Source: Azolla caroliniana (lineage: Eukaryota > Plantae > Polypodiophyta). Taken from it: a stretch of 64,000 nt of DNA. The DNA lies in NCBI GenBank assembly GCA_043228905.1, contig JBHGNT010000007.1, forward strand, positions 5,270,001 through 5,334,000, written 5' to 3'. Shown here one piece after another: positions 40,101 through 48,454 of this stretch. Under the pieces are notes generated by a model. It saw only the letters and a program-made list of their open reading frames with translations, was not told where the DNA came from and did not search any database. Within the stretch, counting starts at the first letter, position 1; the number at the start of each line of letters is the position of its first letter. Position numbers and translations under genes: made by a program.

Positions 40101-40131
40101 CTCTTTGCTTTTTCGAACTCCTTACATCCAT
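1..40131 (-). CDS. GEX2: Giant GEX2-like secreted/membrane filamin-Ig repeat protein, 21 exons in window, 3' end outside window
   Basis: GT-AG exons in continuous frame (5'->3' on minus): 40131-40023, 38747-38256, 38174-37836, 37595-37269, 37181-36864, 29581-29249, 25539-25189, 24188-23853, 23435-23079, 22216-21902, 21013-20669, 20008-19679, 18553-18224, 18129-17749, 17653-17330, 14498-14181, 13113-12805, 12021-11743, 11498-11374, 554-334, 139-<1. Exons 1+2 give a signal-peptide-like [19 protein letters not shown]. Exons 3-17 carry filamin-type motifs (G..F.I..xDx(Y/F)GN ... G.Y.L.I ... I.GSPF.F.V). The last exons read [16 protein letters not shown] / [30 protein letters not shown] / [16 protein letters not shown], which match from memory the conserved C-terminal region of angiosperm GEX2. 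About 2,126 codons in window. Orthology versus paralogy not established. Confidence 0.85.
3785..7394 (-). pseudogene. LINE ORF2: AP endonuclease + reverse transcriptase + C-terminal CCHC region (disrupted)
   Basis: [16 protein letters not shown] start; [19 protein letters not shown] and ADHAYL (APE); [43 protein letters not shown] and LLYADD (RT); [24 protein letters not shown] at the C-terminus. Stops at 7362, 7230 and 4337; frameshifts near 6500 and 5520. Confidence 0.92.
7401..8465 (-). pseudogene. LINE ORF1 (coiled-coil + RRM-like domain), one premature stop
   Basis: ORFs 8169..8465 and 7401..8165 are in the same frame, separated only by TAA GAA. Heptad-rich N-terminal half, then [32 protein letters not shown] typical of LINE ORF1 proteins. 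Ends 6 nt before the ORF2 ATG. Confidence 0.82.
8659..8736 (-). mobile_element. Short 3'-terminal fragment of the same LINE, directly abutting the 5' end of the full-length copy
   Basis: (gaaa)n gatatattaatgttttttagaggccaaaatggcctataagaccgaataagaga is nearly identical to 3535-3603. Confidence 0.9.
9969..10576 (+). repeat. 3' LTR of copia-1, containing a (CA)n microsatellite at ~10151-10194
   Basis: Follows the PPT; its 3' end matches the remnant at 651-675. Termini are degenerate (TA...GA instead of TG...CA). Confidence 0.75.
13175..13755 (-). repeat. Dispersed ~600-bp non-coding repeat (inverted copy of ~40885-41515)
   Basis: caccttatcgacccatatg (13621) is the reverse complement of catatgggtcgataaggtg (~41008); tcaatgacacatacttcaag matches cttgaagtatgtgccattga; catatgagagtagct matches agctactctcatatg. 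Confidence 0.8.
14871..15195 (-). mobile_element. RTE-X-like LINE fragments (3' end + internal ORF2 piece)
   Basis: gaaagatatattaacgtcttctaagaggccataatagcctataagac matches the 3' end; ~15045-15195 is homologous to ~4495-4645. Confidence 0.8.
21131..21573 (-). mobile_element. Possible orphan 3' LTR with adjacent copia-type PPT
   Basis: Termini tgcgag...cttgca (imperfect inverted repeat). Adjacent ctctcccctcaag reads as PPT cttgaggggagag on minus. No internal domain or TSD seen. Confidence 0.4.
22635..22980 (-). mobile_element. Clustered RTE-X-like LINE 3' fragments
   Basis: ORF2 C-terminal remnant (tccaagatggaaagatctctgaagc) followed by the terminal motif ttttaaaggccaaaatggcctatcagac at ~22780. 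Confidence 0.75.
25892..26664 (-). mobile_element. Two tandem RTE-X-like LINE 3' fragments
   Basis: Terminal motifs at ~25905 and ~26075. ORF 26412..26657 ([27 protein letters not shown]) is homologous to [27 protein letters not shown] of the full copy. Confidence 0.85.
26665..27995 (+). mobile_element. 3'-truncated Ty1/copia (copia-2): 5' LTR + PBS + gag only
   Basis: LTR tgtta...ttaca at 26665-27151; PBS tagtatcaga at ~27154; gag from 27242 ([28 protein letters not shown], zinc knuckle [14 protein letters not shown]). Sequence switches back to LINE remnants after ~27995. Confidence 0.85.
28050..28790 (-). mobile_element. Clustered, rearranged RTE-X-like LINE fragments
   Basis: [19 protein letters not shown] is homologous to [18 protein letters not shown]. 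Degenerate terminal motif at ~28275; two ORF2 C-terminal remnants at ~28430 and ~28615. Confidence 0.75.
30115..30256 (+). repeat. ~24-bp tandem repeat (about 6 units) in the copia-3 leader, units carrying a TTTAGGG-like motif
   Basis: Unit (t/a)ttagggttttctgcagagcagag is directly visible. Confidence 0.9.
30304..34423 (+). pseudogene. copia-3 gag-pol polyprotein (two premature TAG, one frameshift)
   Basis: [57 protein letters not shown] and [13 protein letters not shown]. Stops at 30709 and 33664; frameshift at ~34095. Confidence 0.95.
35537..36685 (-). mobile_element. 5'-truncated RTE-X-like LINE with a second short 3' fragment inserted at ~36015-36166
   Basis: Terminal motifs at ~35565 and ~36035. 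[30 protein letters not shown] is homologous to the full copy. The inner insertion is flanked by a duplicated ctaaaga (36008-36014 / 36167-36173). Confidence 0.88.
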
Positions 40132-40180
40132 ATCCCTCCACCGTGTCTCCACTTTCTTCTGACTTCATCTTACTTTCATC

Positions 40181-40185
<5 letters not shown>

Positions 40186-40221
<36 letters not shown>
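40186..40221. repeat. (CT)n/(GA)n microsatellite just upstream of the GEX2-like ATG
   Basis: Directly visible, ~55 bp 5' of the ATG at 40131. Confidence 0.95.
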
Positions 40222-40225
<4 letters not shown>

Positions 40226-40564
40226 TATAGTTCGATTCAATTCATGGCTAGGGTTCGTCCATCAAGAGATCACGCCTGATTCACTCTGATAAGCTGATGA
40301 GAAATGGAGATTGATCGATCAAATCGTCGACGATGCTTCCTTCTGCATGTCTGTGGAGACTAGGGTTAGGAATGCGGGGGTGGTGAGGCCGTTATGAGAC
40401 ACAGTGACACATCTTCTCTCTCTTCTTCTTCTTCTTCGTCTTCTTCTTCGTGGTCTAGGACTGTCGGTTTCACACCTGCTCCCTACAGAATGTATTGATT
40501 TTGGTCGTTCCGTCTGTCCGGACACACTCGCCACACAAAGAGATCAGTACATCTTCCTTCAGTT

Positions 40565-40878
40565 TAGGCTTAACCGGTTTGGTTTGGACAAGGACAAACC
40601 GGTTACGCCGAAACCGAACCGTTGCTGATTCCTCTCTAATATTACACACACGCCCGCGACAAGGAAACGATTTAGACTAACCGGTTTGGCCAAACTGGTT
40701 AAGTCTAAACCGATTTAGCCAAGCCAATTAAGCCTTAAACTACTTGGTAACCGGTCCGGCAATCTCAAACCGGTTAAGGAAGCTCAAGCCAAAACTGAAC
40801 CGAACTGAACCGCCAAACCGTTTAATAATTGTTTGATGTTTCAATTTAGGCTTGAGTCGAGTCGTTGTCGATTCCTAA
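40565..40878. mobile_element. Degenerate AACCG-rich hAT-MITE-like remnants
   Basis: aaccgaaccgttgctgatt (~40612) resembles the right TIR of the MITE at 49940-50510; many AACCG/CGGTT motifs. Confidence 0.55.
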
Positions 40879-40884
40879 TTAGAG

Positions 40885-41710
40885 TGTATTTTGATATAAC
40901 CAATGATCAACCCTCAAGTTGTCAATTTATCCCTGCATGTATTATTAGAGTGCACATTTTGTGATAGTGCCCCAAATGAGGAGTAGATATGTATTGTGGA
41001 ACCTGAACATATGGGTCGATAAGGTGTTAATGTAAGAAACCATAGATGAGTAGAATGAGAATGTATTTAGGAAAGATGGGAGTAGGGTAATAGGATTGAC
41101 TAGGTTGGTCAACTAGAAGAATACTATGTGGACAAGTTAAAATGTACTTAGCCTTGAAGTATGTGCCATTGACTTTAAGATAAGCAATATCTAGCATTAG
41201 CTTGTATCAAGAGACTTGCACATTTAATGAGACACTAAGACCAAACAAACAATATACATAGTTCACACACACTATTTGTCTATCTCTTACACAATGGTTG
41301 TGAGTCGTGACTATTATCTATCCCCAGTAATTTTGTAATTGACCAATCCAGACTCCAGATCCCATCGAAACCCATCAAAGCTCTAAGGTGTGAGCACATG
41401 GGTAGATTACCATTATGAGCTACTCTCATATGTGGTAGAAAGTTTGTTTTTCAAACATACATCATTGTGATTGTAAATATGTGTGCCTATCTAATCGTTT
41501 CTCGATCTTTCTAGCGATATACTTATCTATCCCCACTAATTTTGTAATAGATCAATCCAAATCCCATCAAAGCTCGTCCAAGCTCTAAGGTGTGAGCACA
41601 TGGGTGGATTACCGTTGTGAGCTACTCTCATATGCAACAAAAAGTTTGTTTTTCAAGCATATGTCTCTATGATTGTAACTATATAAGCCTATCCAATTGA
41701 TTCTCAATCT
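40885..41710 (+). repeat. Dispersed repeat (partner of 13175-13755) with an internal ~210-bp tandem duplication
   Basis: tatctatcccca..aagctctaaggtgtgagcacatgggt..gagctactctcatatg occurs at ~41315-41480 and ~41524-41690. Confidence 0.78.
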
Positions 41711-42215
41711 TTATGGTAATATACGCGATACGCATTGTTGTGCGCCTCCTCTCCATCATGATTGGATATTGAACCCTATAAAAGGTTGTAGAGTTGTGAG
41801 GGAAGAGAAAGGAATAGAGCAAGGATTGTGAAGAGAGAGACAATAGCAAATTTGTGAAGGAGCCATGTTTCATGTTAGCAATGTGTGAGGTTTTAACATT
41901 GTCGCGAGGTCTTCTATCAACATTGGAGTTGACAACATGACACATGATGATTTAATGGAGTAAGATGTAAAACTTGGTATAGAAAGACACAAGAGTCAAG
42001 ACAAGTCGAGTAGTTGAGAGAGAGCAATGAGTTTGAGTAAATTTAAACTTAACGAGGTTTCAAATGTGGCTCGACAAGTAGAAATTTCGTAGAACCACAA
42101 AATGCTACTTCACGAGAGAGCATATGTGAAAAAACGTTGTCCCAACGCACGTGCTCATACCATGGGTCAATATTAGTCTTGGTTTTTAGTTTATTGTTGA
42201 TTTTCATTACATTGG

Positions 42216-42218
<3 letters not shown>

Positions 42219-42264
<46 letters not shown>
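42219..42264. repeat. (AT)n microsatellite
   Basis: Directly visible. Confidence 0.95.
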
Positions 42265-42266
<2 letters not shown>

Positions 42267-42614
42267 ATCAAAGTATAACGAATGAGTGTTAGCTCAAGTT
42301 TTCATTATTATACAAAACAGCTTCCATGAGGCGCTATACGAGTGTTCGAGCCATGTCCTGAGCATGCAACATTTTGTTAACTAATGATTTGCCTTTCCTT
42401 TTCTTCATGTTCTCCCCGCCCCCCCCCCCCCCAAAAAAAAATAATGAAAATGCAGGGGCATTTAGGGAAGTCAACAAAAACCCAGATTCGAGAGTCTTTT
42501 TCATGGAGAGAATAACATCAAATAGAGCAGAACAATGGTAAACAAGAGAGAGCAGGAAAATAAACAGATCAAGATCCGGTTGCCATCATCTCATCATTAG
42601 GATCGTTCAATGAT

Positions 42615-42829
42615 TGTGCCTTGTAGAGGGATGTAAAACAGAGCAAAATCATATGGCTTTCTATACAATTGTTTTAAGGATCATGTTGTGCCTTGTAGAG
42701 GGATGTAAAACAGAGCAAAATCATATGGCTTTCTATACAATTGTTTTAAGGATCATGTTGTGCCTTGTAGAGGGATGTAAAACAGAGAAAAACCATATGG
42801 CTCTCTATAAAATTGTTTAAGGATCATGT
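42615..42829 (+). repeat. 72-bp tandem repeat x3 upstream of the PPR gene
   Basis: tgtgccttgtagagggatgtaaaacagag... starts at 42615, 42687 and 42759. Confidence 0.95.
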
Positions 42830-43012
42830 GAAGTAAAAGTATGGAAAACAGAGCAGATTGCTAGTGAATTTCTAGACGATTGTTCTAGGTTTCTGCTGAC
42901 CAGAAGAATGGAGAACGGAGCAAAATCCAATGACCATCATCAGTTAGAATTGCTTAAGGATGCCAAGTAGAAGAATGGCAAAGAATAAGAGTAAAAAACA
43001 GAAATACATCCC

Positions 43013-45568
43013 ATGGTTTTTATAGAATTGCTTAAAGATTGTGGTAAGAAGAAAGACCTATGCAAAGGGATTAGAATCCACCAAGAAATTCTCAAAAGAG
43101 GATTACTTCAACAATGCCCTCATATCGGAAACACTCTTATAAGCATGTATGCGAAATGTGGGGCACTTTCAAAAGCTCGAAATGTACTCAATGAGCTTCC
43201 TAATCGGAATATAATCTCTTGGAATGCATTAATCTCAGGTTATACCCAACAAAAACAAGGTATTGAAGCCATTCGTTGCTTCAAAATCATGCATAATGAT
43301 GGGCTGTCTCCCAATGAAGTCACTTATATTTGCATTTTGAAGGCTTGTGGCAACATAGGGGCAATTGAGGAGGGTAGAAGAATTCACGAAGAGGTTGTGT
43401 GTAAAGGTTTGGTTTGTAAACATATCATGTTAGGAAGTGCATTGGTGGATATGTATGCAAAATGTGGTTTTCTTGTGAAAGCACAACAGGTTCTGGATGA
43501 GCTTCCTATTCGGAATGTAGTATCTTGGTCTTCACTCATTGCCGGATATGTCCAGCATGGTCTTGGTAATGATGCAATAGATTGTTTCCAAAGGATGCAA
43601 AATGAGGGTCTTTCTCCAGATGCCATCACTTTTACTTGCATCTTAAAAGCATGTGGGAGCACTAGGGCAGTTGAAAAGGGTAGGCAAATACATGATGAAA
43701 TTAGTAGCCGAGGTTTTTTGCATGATGATGTTGTGATTGGTAATGCTTTGGTTGATATGTATTCTAAATGTGGCTTGGTCAAGAAAGCACAACAAGTGCT
43801 TAGTGAACTTCATGTTCGGGATGTAGTCTCTTGGAATACATTGATTGGAGGATATGCTCATGAAGGGAAATTTAATGAAGCTATGGATTGTTTCCAACGG
43901 ATGCAAAATGAGGGCTTCTCTCCAAACAGTATAACCTTCATTAGCATCTTGAAGGCTTGTGTGAGTAATCGGGCAATTGAGAAGGGAATACTAATGCATG
44001 GTGAGATTATCAATAGGGGTTTCTTATATAAAGATGTTCTTCTGGGCAATGCTTTAGTAGATATGTACGCAAAGTGTGGCCTCCTTCAAAAAGCTGAACA
44101 AGTGCTGGATGGACTCATTGAATGTGATATAGTCTCTTGGAATGCGCTTCTGGCTGGGTATGTTGAGCAAGGAGAGGGTGAGGGTGCATTTAACTGTTTC
44201 CAAAGGATGCAAAGCAAGGGTTTCTTTCCAGATGAAGTCTCCTTCCTTTGCTTATTGAAGGCTTGTGGTGACAAAAAGGAGGTTGAGAAAGGCCAACAAA
44301 TTCATGACGAGCTAAAAAGTAGGGGCTTGCTTCATAAGAACATCATGCTTGGTACTGCCTTGGTAGAAATGTATGCTAAATGTGGTATGCTAGCCGTAGC
44401 AAAAGAGATATTGTATAATCTTCCTGTTCGAGATGTGGTCTCATGGTCGGCATTGATCATAGGCTGTATCCAACTAGGACATGGTGATAAAGCAATAGAA
44501 TATTATGAACAAATGCAAAGCGAGGGTTTCTCTCCAGATGCGATCACATTTGCCTGCATTTTGCAAGCTTGCGGTAGTGTCAATGCGATTGAGAAGGGTA
44601 AACAAATTCATGATGAGATTGTTAATAGAAACTTGTTGGGTCATGACATTGTGCTTGCAAACGCTTTGGTCGATATGTATGTCAAATTTGGCATTCTTCC
44701 AAAAGCACAGGAAGTGTTTGATGGTCTTCTTATTCGGAATGTGGTCACTTGGAATGCACTAATTTCAGGTTATGCTCAGGAGGGGCATAGTCAAGAAGCT
44801 TTCAAATGTTTCCAAAAGATGAAAAGGGAAGGTGTTTCTCCAGATGCAGTCACATATATATGTATTCTAAAAGCTTGTGGTGGCTCTGGGATGATTGAGA
44901 AGGGTGAACAAATCCATGATGAAATTGTTGATAGAGGCTTGTTGCATGAAAACGTAGTGCTTACCACTGCTCTGGTGGATCTATATGCGAAATGTGGTGC
45001 ACTTGAGAAGGCACAAGAAGTGCTCGAAAGCCTCGTTTCTCAAGATGTAGTCTCTTGGAATGCATTAATATCTGGGTATGCCCAGTGGGGCAAAGGCATC
45101 GATGCAGTAAAATGTTTCCAAAAGATGGAAAGTATGGGTACTAGACCAGATGCCATAACCTTCCTTTCTCTATTGAATGCATGTAGTCGATCAGGGCTTT
45201 TTGAAGAAGCTCAATCATATTTTGAAGATATGAGTAAAAAATATGACATTAAACCAACCATAGAACATCGTTCTTGCATGGTAGATGTTTTTGGACACAT
45301 GGGCTACCTGGATAAGGCCATGTGTGAAATTGAGAAGATGCTGCCTTCGGATTCATGTACTGTGGCTTGGCGTACACTATTGGATGCTTGTAGAAAATGG
45401 GGCAATGTGGACATTGGGAAATTAGCTTTTGACCAAGTAGTAAAACTCGATAGTTGCGATGCTTCAGCTTATGTTCTTATGGCAAATATTTATGCAGCAG
45501 CCAACATGAATGAGGAGTCACGGAAAGTTGAAGCCATGAGAATGAAAAAAATGCCAACTTGGGTTTGA
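43013..45568 (+). CDS. PLS-class pentatricopeptide repeat protein, E subclass (putative organellar RNA editing factor), 851 aa, intronless
   Basis: Seven ~101-aa L-S-P triplets (ALVDMYAKCG / VVSWNALI.GY / ITF..ILKACG), then L2-S2 and E1/E2 motifs (WRTLLDACRKWGN, AYVLMANIYA). No in-frame DYW. Confidence 0.95.
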   Translation: MVFIELLKDCGKKKDLCKGIRIHQEILKRGLLQQCPHIGNTLISMYAKCGALSKARNVLNELPNRNIISWNALISGYTQQKQGIEAIRCFKIMHNDGLSPNEVTYICILKACGNIGAIEEGRRIHEEVVCKGLVCKHIMLGSALVDMYAKCGFLVKAQQVLDELPIRNVVSWSSLIAGYVQHGLGNDAIDCFQRMQNEGLSPDAITFTCILKACGSTRAVEKGRQIHDEISSRGFLHDDVVIGNALVDMYSKCGLVKKAQQVLSELHVRDVVSWNTLIGGYAHEGKFNEAMDCFQRMQNEGFSPNSITFISILKACVSNRAIEKGILMHGEIINRGFLYKDVLLGNALVDMYAKCGLLQKAEQVLDGLIECDIVSWNALLAGYVEQGEGEGAFNCFQRMQSKGFFPDEVSFLCLLKACGDKKEVEKGQQIHDELKSRGLLHKNIMLGTALVEMYAKCGMLAVAKEILYNLPVRDVVSWSALIIGCIQLGHGDKAIEYYEQMQSEGFSPDAITFACILQACGSVNAIEKGKQIHDEIVNRNLLGHDIVLANALVDMYVKFGILPKAQEVFDGLLIRNVVTWNALISGYAQEGHSQEAFKCFQKMKREGVSPDAVTYICILKACGGSGMIEKGEQIHDEIVDRGLLHENVVLTTALVDLYAKCGALEKAQEVLESLVSQDVVSWNALISGYAQWGKGIDAVKCFQKMESMGTRPDAITFLSLLNACSRSGLFEEAQSYFEDMSKKYDIKPTIEHRSCMVDVFGHMGYLDKAMCEIEKMLPSDSCTVAWRTLLDACRKWGNVDIGKLAFDQVVKLDSCDASAYVLMANIYAAANMNEESRKVEAMRMKKMPTWV

Positions 45569-48454
45569 TGGCATGAATGAGAATGTGCATTCATTTTGTG
45601 TTGAACACTCAAAACACACAAAGAAAAGAGACTCTTAGTAAAACTTAAAGCTTTTTTCCTTAGACTTTCTAATGAAGGTTGTGTTTGTGGTACAAAGATG
45701 ATATTAGTGTCAGCCGAAGGGTGTCACTCAAAGCTTTTTTCCTTCGGAGTGTGGACGTAGTGTAAGGCACACCCTTTGTATTTGACACTATGTGGACGTA
45801 GTGTCAGGCCAAGTTTTTGCATCACTCACAGTAAGGCTAGGTTGAGACTAAGTGGCTGCACATTGTCCTCAATGTATTTGGGACATATTATTCATTGGCG
45901 ATAGCAAAAATGGAATGGACAAGTTTTCATCTGGTGGACAAAGTACAGAGCTAGCATTCATGTTCTGGATATATGCCATGTGGGCAAGTACAACTTGTGC
46001 CCCATCATATTCTCTATGATAACCTCTTGCCGTGGATAGAGAGTAATGTGACTTCTTTTCTCAACGATAATAATGGGTGGCTGTTTGAACCGGCCCCTAG
46101 GTATCAGGGATAGTAAAGCACACATTTGGCAAGTTTTCGAGTTGCGATGAACTATTTCTACCTAAATGTGGCTATTAGAAATATAGAAACTCTGACCCAT
46201 CAACCCGTCAAACAAGTAAAGATGCGTGGAGAAAGTGAGAAGAAATGCTTTATTGGCAAAATGCTTTCCCTTATATTTGGAGATGCAATGATGCTATAAT
46301 TTATGTTTGGAGAGAATTGAGGGTGCATTGGGTTTGTGAGTTGGTAATATCTATACGAAAGACTACTATTTGTAAGGCTGTCAAGAACTGGCCAAGTTAA
46401 GTACACATTTGGCAAATATTGTCAAATGGGCAAAAACCTGTGAAAGTATTTATTGCAAATATGGATAGTCTGGGGGAGTTGACCTAGTGGTTAGGCCCTT
46501 GCCAAGTAAGCGTAAAAAATTCAGAACTCATGAGTTCCATTCTCACTACATAGTACTTCTTATCTCAAGTTACAAAATGTTCCTCGATTGTAAAAGAAAA
46601 GATCGGGCCCTGCTTGCAGTTCTCCAACGCTTTGTGGCTCCCTCTGCCTGGATCTCCCCTTGAATATCTGGCATAAGTTGTATAGTTTTTAATGTTGGAG
46701 GGTTCCATTACTGAGAGGATTGAGTGCCATTGTCGGTTTGGCATTTGCTTGGCAAGGTTCAACTTTTTGACGTGTATGAATAGATTGCATCATTCTTCTG
46801 CTGTGCTACCTGGTGGTTATCATTCAGGGCTGAACGTGAATGCATTTGTTCAAGTGTGATCACGAATAATGGTATATCGTGCAACACAATTGACATGCTT
46901 TATTTTCGTTTCGCTTGGAAGCCTTTATATTGAGAGCGATGATTGGAATCTCACCCCTAGACACCACCTTAACCAGGTGAGGACTAACAATTGGTGCTCG
47001 CTTCCGCATGTGGTCTGATTGCTCATAAGATTTTCGGACTATATCTTCGAGATTTGGCAGATCATTTGAGGTAGTCAATTGACACCTCGAAGGTGTGAGT
47101 ATTTCCTCAATGTAAATAGGTTGAGTGGACAAGCCCAAAATGAAGGTCAGTTTTATCTTTTTGATGCATCAAGCATCAGACAACATAATGCAAAAATGTG
47201 TGATGCCTAAGCTTGATGATTGGTATGGAGTTAATGTACATAATCCTGAAAGTTGAAGGGAATACCAAAACATCGCCACATTAGGGGTGTTGTTGCAATA
47301 GCTTAAGCAATCAAGCTAATTTTCCATTTGAATTTTATTTTGGATGGATGAAATTAAACAAGTCTGCACAAAATTCTAGTATTTCTCGTATAGGTACATG
47401 GCTTTCAAAAAGAAGGCTCTTCATTGCAATAAAATTTCCCATATTTTTTTATTGCTTAAAGTTTATCAAGGTTAGTACTTGTTTTCCACCCAATCAAACT
47501 AACTCATTGCTAAATACATGAGCAATATATCCATTCTTGTTAAAATCCTTATTAGTCTGGAAATTTATCTTAGTGACGATTTCTTGATAATAATTTCAGT
47601 AACTCTATTGTTATGTTGTCAAAGAAGGGTAGATTTATCATTTCTATACTTAGTTTATTTGTGTACCTTTCAACACAAAAGTATATTCAAATTCTCTTCC
47701 AAAGTTCAAGGGTTTATTAGCAACGTTTGGTGAAATAATGAAACATAAGAGTCATTTGGGGGGAGGGTTGGGTATTTTGGAGTTCTTACTTATATTTGGG
47801 CATATAGACATGCATGAATACAAAATAAATATCCAACTATATGTGCATGTTATCAATAAATCAACACCATTCATGAGAAGGCCAAGGATCGACTTGGCCG
47901 GAATCATTAAAGGGGAAATGTTAGTTGCCATTCATCGAGATTATTATTATTATGTTAAACAACTTTAATAACTATTTGTCCATCGCTTAGGCTTGTTTTA
48001 ATTTGTTTGTGGCTACGTGGATGTATTTGGTATACTTCAAAACATTTGAGTCCATCACTTTAAGGATACTTTACACCATCGCTCATGTAGAATACTTTTT
48101 TGCTCATTCTTGTCTACTTGTTTATTCTTTGAGTGATATATACTCACGCATGCACATATAGGTTCCATATTGAAGGTAAGGCAAGGACTACGTCTACTAT
48201 ATTCTTGAGGCATGTACACTCAAAGATGCACATACAATTGTTATAGGAAAAGTCATAATAGATTTGTTCTAGATTTTTTCGTCCTATTCACTGCCATTCA
48301 AACTTGCACATGTGCATAGTGATGGTAATGGGATATGTATGGTTCACATATGAATGCATTCATTTCGCGCTTCATAAGGACACTCTATAAAGAGGAATGT
48401 TGAAGCCATGGAACAAGAGCATCATAAATAATAGGTAAACTAGGGAGACGAAGT

